Shown one piece after another: positions 47,801-58,805 of a DNA stretch of 64,000 nt; position 1 is the stretch's first letter; each line of letters starts with the position of its first letter. This DNA comes from Pristiophorus japonicus (Eukaryota). The position numbers and the translations under genes are program-made. Below the pieces are notes generated by a model, which saw only the letters and a program-made list of their open reading frames with translations, was not told the origin of the DNA and did not search any database. The DNA is taken from the NCBI RefSeq assembly GCF_044704955.1, contig NC_091993.1:117242001-117306000 (forward strand), written 5' to 3'.

Positions 47801-48650
47801 GGTCTCCAGTCGTCCTCATTCAACACTTGCCACTTGATAAAGGCCTAGCTCTGGCAAGCCCGTCTGGTGGTTGATGTGCAACGGTCACTACACGTTAAAA
47901 AAATTCACGCACAGACATCTTCCACCCCCTCAATTGGAGTTCAGGACTGGAACATTGGGTCTTTCATTGAATCATCTGTGATGATGATTAGTTTCAGTCT
48001 GAAGGCAAACCTCTGACAGTGGGACATTTAATACAGCTCAGAGACAGGGACATGTGGTGTGCCTCCAGGTGATGTCTGGCACAACACTCTGTAGTTAAAG
48101 GAATTGTTGGTCCCATAATAATTGAAATTCCTGGTCGGGAAGTTGGGCAGGCCACGGATTGGGAGTGTGCACCGTGAGTCGGATTTCCCCACCTCTGCCC
48201 ACTACCTGTGAGACTCTGCACTGCTGCGGAGCCTCGGGATATCGGAGCTCTCATGTTTCCTCCCAGATACAACATTGATCAGACAGTTCAGTAGAGAGTA
48301 ATAAAGCAAATCGCTGAGAAATGTACCGTGAGATATTTGTAGCTCCATATTGAAATGTGTATCGAAGCTGCCTGATTCTGTAATACCACAACTGTACCAT
48401 CCTGCATCTGCTGAGCGAAGGTCCTTCATCGTAACAACAAATATTCCTGCTATCTGGTTATTTGTGATTGACACTCTTCCTCCCCATCCATGTTTCTCAT
48501 TTGTTGTTACTACAACTGAGCATTGGTGAGTCCAGCCCTGACACCAATATTTCACATGTGACCGGTACCTTTGGTCATAGTGACATTCTATGGTGATCGC
48601 TCTTCCCACAATTCCTCTTAGTCGTTTATTTGCCCACAATGCACCTGAAA
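38813..48650 (-). CDS. Gene B: activating-type paralog (V-C2-stalk-TM(Arg)-short tail). Exons 48650-48327, 44878-44555, 42877-42757, 41886-41796, probable last exon 38860-38813; leader exon not found
   Basis: All identified exons are open, with GT-AG sites and consistent phases. It would be 314 aa with an A-type leader. It may be a 5'-truncated pseudogene. Confidence 0.72.
39403..40265 (-). mobile_element. CR1 3' fragment
   Basis: LYRALVRPHLEFCVQF...TRGHNLKI. Confidence 0.85.
40335..41079. mobile_element. MITE of the same family as 4371-5114, opposite orientation
   Basis: Perfect TIR TGGCCCTGAAATTCCG; internal similarity to 4371-5114. Confidence 0.78.
41796..41886 (-). CDS. Gene B transmembrane exon SYIIWNVGRWLLFALLVICTISVTRCTRKSK with intramembrane Arg
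   Basis: Strong acceptor ttgttcccttttgctcag, donor AAG|GTAGGG; the phase-2 start matches the stalk; Arg codon at 41862-41864. Confidence 0.85.
42757..42877 (-). CDS. Gene B stalk exon GPEYSCEGVSIVSPTTAHSTNTNIISTDNRNHSSGSKLTK
   Basis: Paralog of 14750-14855 with an in-frame 15-nt insertion; acceptor aag, donor AG|GTACAA. Confidence 0.82.
43541..44485 (+). mobile_element. Penelope-like element fragment (GIY-YIG endonuclease and 3' end)
   Basis: CKHKRCNTC..FTC...NLVSCI..C.L.YIGET.RRL....H...PVACHFN pattern with stops; a reverse fragment lies at ~57830-58230. Confidence 0.8.
44555..44878 (-). CDS. Gene B C2-domain exon
   Basis: 9 aa differences from gene A exon 3; acceptor tttcccacag, donor G|GTATGT. 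Confidence 0.9.
45555..46920 (+). mobile_element. Harbinger remnants in gene B intron (paralog of 20530-21700)
   Basis: Same transposase C-terminal fragment; the middle portion differs from A. Confidence 0.7.
47613..47987. mobile_element. Gene B-specific ~370-bp retroposon-like insertion
   Basis: Absent at A ~22390; flanked by a duplicated t(a/t)agtttca; family not identified with certainty. Confidence 0.55.
48327..48650 (-). CDS. Gene B V-domain exon (CD300/pIgR-type)
   Basis: IECHY..KYWCQGWTHQC..GRVSIT..DAGWYSCG; same splice positions as gene A. Confidence 0.92.
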
Positions 48651-48905
48651 CTGAGGAGACAATATTTCAGAAATTGAACAGGAAATAACTGCTTAATACA
48701 AAGAGATACATTTTAATAAGAGGAATCTCTCCACTACATCTATTGATACAGGTGAATTCCTTCTAGTTTGTGATGAAAGAAAACATTAATATATTGCCTG
48801 ACCATACCTTCAGGATCTGCCAAAGCGCTTCACAGCCAATGATTTACTTTTGAAGCACAGTCACTGTTGTTATTGAGCCAGCTGTGGCTCAGTGTTAGCA
48901 TTCTC

Positions 48906-50336
48906 TAGGTGGGAGGGGGTAGGAGTGAGCAGGTGCTGCTGATTACTGCAGGATTTGGTGTGAGTTTGTAAAACGTTGGTGGTGTTTTTGTTTCAAATTT
49001 TAGGGCCTGTTTGTCCCATATACAGCAGCCAGATGGCTGCTTAGAGGCCTGGAATGCTGGCCCCTCTGAAGACAATGTTCCCAGGATGAATTTAATCAGG
49101 GAAGAAAATGTTTTGGGAAGTGAGAATAAAAGGCCCAAATATTTGGGCCACGAGCTCAGGCGGTTTGGAAAACGTGGCATCACTTCAGGGTCTGCAGCTG
49201 CTTGTGTGGCTGTCCGGGTGTGCTTCCCCACGAGTGTGAGCACCTGCTCCTTCATGTCAGTGATGTCATTGATGACTGGTGGCCCCCCACCTATTCACCT
49301 CTGCATGGACCTCATCATTGATAGCTTCTTCTGTAAAAGGTAACAGGACGACATGGCATGAGATCACTGCGTGATATCATTGCTAGATACTGCCACAGAG
49401 ACTGATACAACACATAACCGACAGAAGTAATCATCATTATTATGAAAATTATCCTTCTTTACCTAAAGATGTACACCATGAATGCAGGCATTGAGTACAA
49501 CATTCCCAGTAAAAGTGGAAGACCTCACATCTGATTATAGTCATTCATGACTCTTACAAATCAAATTATATAAATATATAAATACAGGTAAATAAATTTA
49601 ATACTCTTGCAGATCCAACAAGGTTGTTCCATCGCTTGCGGCATTGGTTGCCCTCACGCACCTCGTTGGTCACCGACGAGACCACCTCTGCTATCTCGGC
49701 CCATATCTTCTGGTAGGCCTTTGGATTGGGCTTCCCATACCCTCCCTGGGTCAAATCACCCCAGCGTAACTCAACCTTCTGCAAGAGGGAGGCATTTGCC
49801 TCATCCGAGAACCTCCTCTCTTGTGCCCTCCAATGTGCTCCTCTCCCAGCTCATCAGCGTCAGTCTCCACAGCGTGCTGTCTCGCCTCCTCCTCTCCCTT
49901 CATTATCGGCACCAAATTGGGGCAAATATCTGGCTGGTAACAGCTAATTTTTTTTTTCCCAATTTGCTATAAAGCTCTAAACTCTCCCTCCTTCCTCCCA
50001 AAGCAGCCACATCACACCCACACACGCCTTCACTCACTCTCAGCTCCCTCTCTCTCTGTCTCCTCTTATGCGCATGTCATGATGACCTCCTGAATCACGG
50101 GAATCGAGCGTTGCTATGCCGTTGCTAAGGACGGCGACATTTTACGGCAGAAGGTCAAAGAGATTTAATGTTACCGCCTATTTCATATCGCTCGCAGTAA
50201 CGCCCAATTTGAAAAATGGAGACTAGAGGCTTTGAGAATGAGCGACAAGCCGACGATCTGAAAACGCATTTTTACAGCCCAGGCCGGAATAACGCCCTTT
50301 TTTGGGCAATCTGCTCAAAAGTGTAAAATCTAGCGC
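48906..50336 (-). mobile_element. Truncated inverted Harbinger-type copy related to 50600-56251
   Basis: ORF 49566..49784 IWAEIAEVVSSVTNEVREGNQCRKRWNNL (Myb/SANT); TIR-like end at 50336; the other end is abruptly truncated. Confidence 0.75.
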
Positions 50337-52319
50337 TATAACTTTCAAATAAATGGATAAAATGGATAAATAGCTGTTGTGGGAGTTTGGAAGGATTTAC
50401 ATGGTGCATTAAAATGGTGCATTTCATCTGTAAGAAAACACTTTCTGAGAGCCCAGCAGGTAGAGAGAGACTTATTATGTGCCTTGGGGGAGAAGGACTA
50501 ACCTATATGAGTGACATGGGAAACAGTGGAAAATATTGAGAATGAAAATCAAAAAGTGTCAGTCAGTGCTCAGTGGAGAGCACTCACCTCTGAGTCAGAG
50601 GGCTGGACTTTCCATTATTGTGCAGATCGCCCAAAATTGGGCGTTATTTCCAGCGTTGGTGTTTATTATGGATTTTGAGATCGTTGGATTATCACCTATT
50701 TTCAAACCCCCTCATTTCCACTTTATAAAATGGCCGTGAACGGTATTTATTTTTGTTCTGTTGCAAAATGTTGGCGTCCATAGCAATGCATAGCAATGGT
50801 CTTTTCCCGCGCTTTAGGTGGTCAGGGATCATCAATACATGTGCAGAAGAGGAAAGAGGAAGAGAAAGCTTGTGTGGGTTTGTTGTGTAGGTGTTTGTGA
50901 TTTGTTTGGCTGTTGTGGGAGTTTGGAAGGATTTCTATGAGGGGTACTCATTAAAAATAGCACCATTTAGTTCTGTGAGACAGAAATTTCTGTCACAAAA
51001 ACATTAAAAAAATGGAAGGCATGGAGGAGGCGAGAGATCACGATGTGGAGGTGGAAGAGGCTGGTGAGGGCAGTGAGGTTGGAGAAGAAGTGGAGATGTG
51101 AGGCCGAAAAAGAGTGAGGAGATTCTCGGACGAGGCAAGTGCTGCCCTCCTGCTGGAGATGGAGTCACGTTGGGGTCAATAGACCCGGGGCGGGCGTGGG
51201 GAGCCTACCCCGAAGGTTTATCAGCAGATTTGGGCTGAAATCACTGAGGTGGTCTCGTCGGTGAAGCACAAGGTGCGTGAGGGCAACCAGTGCTGCATGC
51301 GCTGGAATGACCTTGTCGGCTCTGGCAGAGTAAGTATTACATTTATTTACATTTACTTATATATTTATATAATTGGAATTGTAAGTGTAATGAGGAAATA
51401 AATTCAGATCAGATATATTGCAGTTAGACCGGTAACATTTTACTGCAATTCCCCGTTTACAGTGTACGTGTTTAGGTTAATAATGATAATAATAATAAAA
51501 ATTATAACATCTGTCAGTTATGTGTTGTACCAGTATCTGTGACAGTATCTAGCAATGATCTTATGCAATGATTTTATGCCATGTCGTGCTGTTGTTACCT
51601 TTTGCAGAAGAAGCTTTCGAAGAATAGGGCTGAGCAGCGACGCACAGGTGGCGGCCCACCAGTGATCACTGAGCTGACCGACATTGGGGAGCAGGCGTGG
51701 CACTAGTGGGGATCCATACCCGGTCAGCCACCCATGCAGCAGCAGAACCGGATGTTATGCCACGTGAGTAAAGTATACACCATTGCGTGATGTAAAGTCA
51801 ATAGATGCCACACCCACTCATAGCCGCACAATTTATGATAGATGATTGATGAAAGTGTTATATAATTAATTATGGGCTCACGAAAATCATTGTAGTGCAG
51901 AATTTGTTTATGTTCATTAAATGTGATGTCTGTGATTATTTTGATAGCAGTAGTGCTGTTCTCGTGCATATGCTATGTGCAGCGTTTGAATCACCCTGTG
52001 ACCCTAGCATTCCCTTCTCCTCTAACTCCCTCATTTATGTTTTGTAGCTCTGCCAAGAGCGCAGTCACTGCCAACACCACCGAGGCGGTGTCGGCAGTGG
52101 ATCGTGCTTCTGGTGGTGAGGAGCCCCGAATATCGCCCGTTGAGCTGCATGTTGTCCTCCCCACTGAGGACAGTGAGGAGTTGGAGGAGCCTGCAGCAAC
52201 AAGCTCCATATCAAGCACACCTATTACATTTAATGTTCCTGCGGCCATGTTCTCCTCCACTGTGGAGGTAGCGGGCCCAAGCACTTTGCTGCAGGGCACT
52301 CCAAGTGTCTCCATTCCTT

Positions 52320-52943
52320 CATAGCGAGGGAATTTGAGTACAGGGGCAGGGAGGTGTTACTACAGTTGTACAGGGCCTTGGTGAGGCCACACCTGGAGTA
52401 TTGTGTACAGTTTTGGTCTCCTAACTTGAGGAAGGACATTCTTGCTATTGAGGGAGTGCAGCGAAGGTTCACCAAACTGATTCCCGGGATGGCGGGACTG
52501 ACATATCAAGAAAGACTGGATCAACTGGACTTGTATTCACTGGAGTTCAGAAGAATGAGAGGGGATCTCATGGAAACGTTTAAAATTCTGACGGGTTCAG
52601 ACAGGTTAGATGCAGGAAGAATGTTCCCAATGTTGGGGAAGTCCAGAACCAGGGGTCACAGTCTAAGGATAAGGGGTAAGCCATTTAGGACCGAGATGAG
52701 GAGAAACTTCTTCACCCAGAGAGTGGTGAACCTGTGGAATTCTCTACCACCAAAAGTTGTTGAGGCCAATTCACTAAATATATTCAAAAAGGAGTTAGAT
52801 GTAGTTCTTACTACTAGGGAGATCAAGGGGTATGGCGAGAAAGCAGGAATGGGTTACTGAAGTTACATGTTCAGCTATGAACTCATTGAATGGCGGTGCA
52901 GGCTCGAAGGGCCAAATGGCCTACTCTTGCACCTATTTTCTAT
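52320..52943 (+). mobile_element. CR1 3' fragment nested in the Harbinger element
   Basis: ORF 52354..52860; the tail continues at 54498-54517 after the nested MITE. Confidence 0.9.
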
Positions 52944-54497
52944 GGCCCCAAGTTTCGACATGATTTGCTCCTGATTTTTAGGAGCAACTGGTGTAGAACG
53001 GAGTATCTTAGAAATCGGAATTCTCGCCATTTAGTTTGCTCCAGTTCTAGTCAATTAGAACAGTTTCACTTTGGAACAGAATTTTTTTTCAAAAGGGGGC
53101 GTGTCCGGCCACTTACGCCTGTTTTCAAAGTTTCGGCAGTGAAAACTTACTCCAAACTAACTTAGAATGGAGTAAGTGAAGATTTTTGTACGCTCGAAAA
53201 AACCTTGTCTACACTTTAGAAAATCAGGCGTAGGTTACAAATCAGGCGTAGGGAATGGGGGGGGTTGGAGGGGGGGTTTAAAGGGAAGTTTACAAACATT
53301 AAACACTTCAGTTTTACAAATAAAGAGCCATCATCAATAATAAATGATAAATACATCAATAAATCAACCAATAAATCAATCAAAAAAAATTAATTGGAAA
53401 TAATTTTTTTTTTTAAATCAATAAATAAAACATTTTCTACTTACCGACTGCAGCACCGGGAGCCCTCCAACAGCGTGCTGGGATGCCCCACCCCCAGTGT
53501 GTCTCTGTCAGTGTCTCTATCTCTCTGTCTGTGCGTGTCTCTCATTCTCTGTCTGTCAGTGTCTGTGTTTCTGACAGCGAGGGGAGGGGGAGGAGGGGGG
53601 TTAGAGGGAGAGAGGGGGGAGCAGAGGGGGGAGCAGAGGGAGAGCAGAGGGAGGGAAGGGGGAGAGGGGGAGAAGGGGGAGGGGGGGAGAAGGGGGGGAA
53701 GGGGGAGGGGGGGGAAGGGGGGAAGGAGATGGGAGAAGGAGATGGGGGGGAAGGAGATTGGGGGGCGGAAGGAGATTGGGGCGGGGGGGAAGGAGAAGGG
53801 GGAGGGAGGCTGAACGGGCCAGGCCCGGCCGGGCCCGAGACTTCGGGGCAGGGCCCGTCCCCAGCACCAGATTTCCAGGTAGGTGGCGTTGGGTCAGGTC
53901 GGGGGGAGCGTGGGTCGGGGGGGTGGTGGGAGGGAGGTCGGTTCGGTTCGGGTCGGGGGGAGGGAGAGGGAGGTCAGGTCGGGTCCAGTCGGGGGGGGTG
54001 GGGGGAGCGGGAGTCGGGTCGGTGTCGGGTCAGGTCCGGTGTGGGGGCGGGGATGGGGGCGGGGGGGTGGTAAGCGGGAGTCGGGTCGGTCTCGGGGTCG
54101 GTGTCGGGTCGGGTCCGGAAGCGGGTGTCGAGTCGGGTCGGGAGGAAGCAGGAGCTGGCCGTAGGAGGAGCCTTATGCACGCAGCCCCAGTGAGGCCATT
54201 GGGCCAGGGCTAGGGCTAGGGGCTGCATGCTTCGGCCCCTCCCACACAGTTTTGGGCGCCTGGAGCTACTGCACATGCGCGCCCACTGTAGCGCGCATGT
54301 GCAGAGGTCCCGGCACTGTTTTCAGCGCAGGGACCTGGCTCCGCCCCATACAGCTCCTGCTGCGCTGCGCCGAGGGCCAGAGGACCTGCAGGGAGGTGGA
54401 GAATCTGGAAGTATTTTTTCGGCGCACTTTGTGGCGCGAAAAATAGGCGTCCAGGTTGGGACTGCGCCGTTCTATGCGCGGCTCGAAACTTGGGCCC
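52944..54497. mobile_element. Non-autonomous Harbinger-like element nested in a CR1 3' tail
   Basis: 15-bp TIR GG(C/G)CCCAAGTTTCGA, 3-bp TSD TAT; internal G-rich low-complexity tract ~53580-54150. Confidence 0.82.
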
Positions 54498-56724
54498 TAT
54501 GTTTCTCTGTTTCTATGCCGCTGTCGAGCCCACAGAGCAGGACTGCTCCCCGATCGGTAGATCTCAGTGGTTACATGATACATTTGTCCAGGAGGAGTGT
54601 TGACATAGGTCAGCAGATCCTCCAGACAATGGGGGGCATATCCCAACAGATGGACACCATATCCGCAAACATGACCGAGTACATGCCTCGGATGGCAGTG
54701 GCCCTGGAGGTGATAGTCAGGAACACAGGTGCCAGAGGACTACCAGTGTTCCCGGAATGCGGCACTGAACCCCAAGGTGCCACACCCCCATTGCCAATGA
54801 CATGAGAGCCAGGAGGAAGCTTTTGCTTCTGGCTCGGAGGACATTACCCCCTCGGGAACATCCTCTCCAGCTTCCGGCCAACCAACGGATCTGCCATCAT
54901 CACCCCCAATGAAGCAGTGCCTGAGGCAAGGCATCTTGGAGTCAGTTGAGGAAGTGGTAGAGGTGGGGAGAAGATGCGGGGAGGAAAAGGAAAATGAGGT
55001 GCATGGCCGTAGGAGTTGGAGTTCTAACAGTATTGTTCTTGTTTTTGTTGCTAGTTAATGAATGTTGGGAGGTTTGGGGGAAGGGGGGAGGCGGGGTACT
55101 TTGTTGTATTTGCACTTGCGTTATTAGTGTTATTGGAAATGTTAAAATTGTTATAAATTTGTTCTGGAGCGGGGTGGGGGTGGGGTGGGGTGTTTTTTAC
55201 AGTTAGAATTATGAATTAATACAAATGTTATCATTAAACTTATTTTATTTAACATAACATTGTTGCGCATTTTCTCAGATCGCTGTAACATTAAACACTG
55301 GTGATTCCTTAACATGAAAGGAGATAATTAAACGTAACTTGAATTAACTGTCACCAAAGTAATGCACATCATTCATGTATGAGCTGCAGACACAGCAGTC
55401 TTGCAGCTTTGTAAATACCACCAACGTTATTTCAAGCAAAGAGCTCATTTATGGTCTGCTGATATAAGAGTCTTGCAGCTATGTAGCAACCACGGGCCGT
55501 TTCCAGCGGTCTACAGAGAGGCGGGGGCATGGTTTCATCTTCAGCCTGATTGTCCACCTCCTCGTCTTCCTCTTCCTCAGTCTGCCACCTCTTTGATTGG
55601 GCACATAATGCTCTTCAATATACCTTCTGCCATCTCTGGTCTACAGCATGTGCATAGGCATCGAGACAGGCTGAGAAATTACAGGCCCCATTACAATAAC
55701 AATCAGTATTATACCTCTTGCTCACAAACAAATTTACCTACTAAAACAAATAAAATAAATTCAATTCATCCACAGTATGATAAGATGTTTGTTCAGATTT
55801 TCAAATCACCTTAAAATAATTCCACATTACATCAAAACTCCCCAGAAGTTGAAGCAGCCTTTTATATGAAAAGTCCTCCGATTTACAAAATGGCGTCCAT
55901 ACCGCTGGGTAAAGGTCAGGTGAGTGCAGCTTTTTCTCAGCGTTTGTTTCGGTGAGCAATATTTTCAGCGATTATGTGGGCGAGATGCCGAAAGTAACGC
56001 TCGGCGATATTATGGGCGTCAATTTCCATTTTTCTGAAGTTTAGGGCAAAAGAAAATGGGCGGGCGGGATTAATAATTCTCGGCGTTAACTAAATGCCAA
56101 AAGCAACGCTGGGAGATAAGTGAGCGATAAATGGGCGTAAGTTTCCATTTTTCTGCTAAATGGGTGATATCTGGGTGTTATACCTCATCTCAGCGTTAAA
56201 ATGGACGTTAAGTGGGCAGTAGCGATGCAAAACTTATGGAAAGTCTAGCCCAGAAGATTGTGGGTTCAAGCCCCATTCCAGAGACTTGAGCATATAATCC
56301 AGGCTGGCAGTTCAGTGCAGTACTGAGGGGGTGCTGCACTGTCAATGGGTGCTATACTTCAGTTGAGATGTTAACCCTGCCTGCCCTCTCAGGTGGACAT
56401 AAAAGATCCCATAGTTTGAAGAAGAGCCATGGTTTCTTCCATTGATCTGGCCAACATTTATCGCAATTGTAAAATGTTTGCTCCTGTTCTTCTGGCTGAT
56501 TTTATACTGAAGGAGTAAATGGATAAATTGCAATGTATGTTTAGTTTGGACAAAAGCAAAATACTGCGGATGCTGGAATTCTGAAATAAAAACAGAAAAT
56601 GGTGGAAATATGCAGCAGATCAGGCAGCATCCGTGGAGAGAGAAACAGAGTTAACGGCGGCGATTTTGCCACCCATGGTGGGTCCGGAGTGGCTGGCATC
56701 GGTGGCAATTGAAGCAATCTTCCA

Positions 56725-56866
56725 GGGAGAGAGAGGGAGCATGTGAGAGGGAGAGAGAGCGAGTGAGAGGGGGAGAGAGTGTGTGAGAGTGAGAGAGTGT
56801 GTGACAGAGGGAGAGAGTGTGTGTGAGAGAGAGAGAGAGAGTGTGTGACAGAGGGAGAGAGTGTGT
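56725..56866. repeat. Compound (GA)/(GT) microsatellite
   Basis: Directly visible. Confidence 0.9.
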
Positions 56867-58805
56867 TAAGCCCGCCCTGCGAGGTTCCCGGCCAATTAAC
56901 AGGAAGCGGGTTTAATTAACGGGACCATGCCCACATTGATTTTGACAGTACTTCTGTCAGTGTTCTACACTCCCCACAATGGTGATGAGTGTGAAAGGAA
57001 TGGCTTGGCCATCGCAAAACACTTGATGGAGCTGGTGTGGATGGTGTCAACCTGGTGCATCATGTGGCAACCAGGGTGTACAAGGTCAAGTGAAGTAAAT
57101 GTGGCCATAGTGAGGCCATCCCTGCCCTCCCAGGCAGCAATATGGTTGGGTGCTGATGCCCTGTGTCCATGCAGCATCAAGAGTTTGCGGAGAAGGTTGG
57201 TGTTGTTGATGATGTTGGTGTTGGGGCTGATCGTGTTGGGATTCTGAGGACCAAGGTGAGAATTTTTCAAGGGCAACAATACTGCTGGAATAGATGGCAG
57301 ATGAGGTTGAGATGACAGAAGTGATCTGTCAATTGTGAGAGAGGTTGCTCCAATTAGGTGACAGTGAATAGAGAGTTCACTGTAAATACTTCCAAACTGC
57401 ATACAGCTCAAAAGTTTCTTTCAAATCCTGAAGGCTTCAGATTCTGATATTGGAAAGTGAACAGCTGTGAAATGGTAGCTTTTATATCACTTTTGCAAAT
57501 ATCAACTAGCCAAAGTAATGGAGAGTCATGGAGAACCCGACTCCACTTACCTGGTGTGTTCCGAGGGACGGCAAAGTCATCAAAAGTTTGGTAAAATTGT
57601 AAGTGCCTGCTTAATTAGCATTCAACCACCGGTTAACTACCTTAATTAACTAGCCCGTGGCTTGGTGACGGGTCTGCGATCCGCAGGCACACCAGACAGT
57701 TGGGAAACTGGCACAGAGGCGGGCTCAGAGAGGGATCCTGTCCCACTATCAATCAGGGCCATTTTGACAGCAGGCCCGCCTCCAAACCCGCACTCGAGGG
57801 CTGGGAATATTCCGGTCAATGTTTCAGGTCGATGACCTTTCGTCAGACTGGAAAAGGTTAGCGATGTAACAGGTTTTAAATAAGTACAGAGGCAGGGAAA
57901 TGGGGGAGGGGAGGAAAGAACAAAAGGGGAATGTCCGTGATGGGGTGGAAGGCAGGAGTGATTACATGACAAAAAGGGATAATGGTGCAAGACAAAAGTA
58001 GATGGTAATGGGACCAGTAAAGAAACAAAAGATGGGTCGAGAGGAGGTGTAAATGGGAAAAGCAGAATCACCAGCATCAGCTGCCATCCGAAAAAATGGT
58101 GGCAAAGACAATGATGTGAAATGATTGAACTCAATGTTGAGTCCGGAAGGTTATAAAATGCCTCATAGAAAGTTGAAGAGCTGTTTCTTGAGCTTATGTT
58201 GAGCGTCATTGGAACAGTGTAGGAGGCTGAGGAAAGAGAAAGAAAGAAAGACAGACTTCGATTTATGACTTTTATGATCACCAGACAGCGCTTTACAGCT
58301 AATGGAGTACTTTTGGAGTGTAGTCACTGTTGTATTGCAGGAAACGCGGCTGCCAACTTGCGCACAAGCAAGCTCCCACAAACAGCAATGTGATAATGAC
58401 AAGATAATCTGTTTGTTTTTGTTATGGTGATTAAGGGATAAATATTGCTCTTCTTTGCAATAGTGCCATGGGATCTTTTACGTCCACCTGAGAAATAGGA
58501 CGGGGCCTCGGTTCAACGTCTAATCCGAAAGGCGGCACCTCCGCCAGTGCAGCATTCCCTCAGTACAGCACTGGAGTGTCAGTCTAGATTTTTTGTGCTC
58601 AAGCCCCTGGAGTCTCAGAAACACAAACTTGCTGATGATGCTAAATTGGGAGGAGCAATAGTGTTGGAGGGAACAGCTCAGACGTTAGAGAATGAGTGGG
58701 ACAAAATAGGTATGCAGACAGCTCATGGCAGCTGAAATTCAATGCAACTGAAATGCAAAGTAAGATGCAACAATAAGCAAGGCATGTACCACATGAACGG
58801 TTTGC

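Larger units (their letters stand above)
50600..56251 (+). mobile_element. PIF/Harbinger-type DNA transposon with decayed Myb/SANT ORF, inserted in a SINE
   Basis: 16-bp TIR GGGCT(G/A)GACTTTCCAT, 3-bp TSD AGA. Myb/SANT-like exon ~51012-51329 (RFSDE...IWAEITEVVSS...QC..RWNDL) with stops; SINE halves rejoin across it. Confidence 0.85.

Noticed and set aside
49566-51330. Domesticated Myb/SANT host gene
   Set aside because: Lies within TIR-bounded Harbinger copies; the forward copy has in-frame stops and the inverted copy is truncated.
53394-54805. Long Gly/Glu/Arg-rich ORFs
   Set aside because: Artefacts of a G-rich low-complexity tract inside a MITE.
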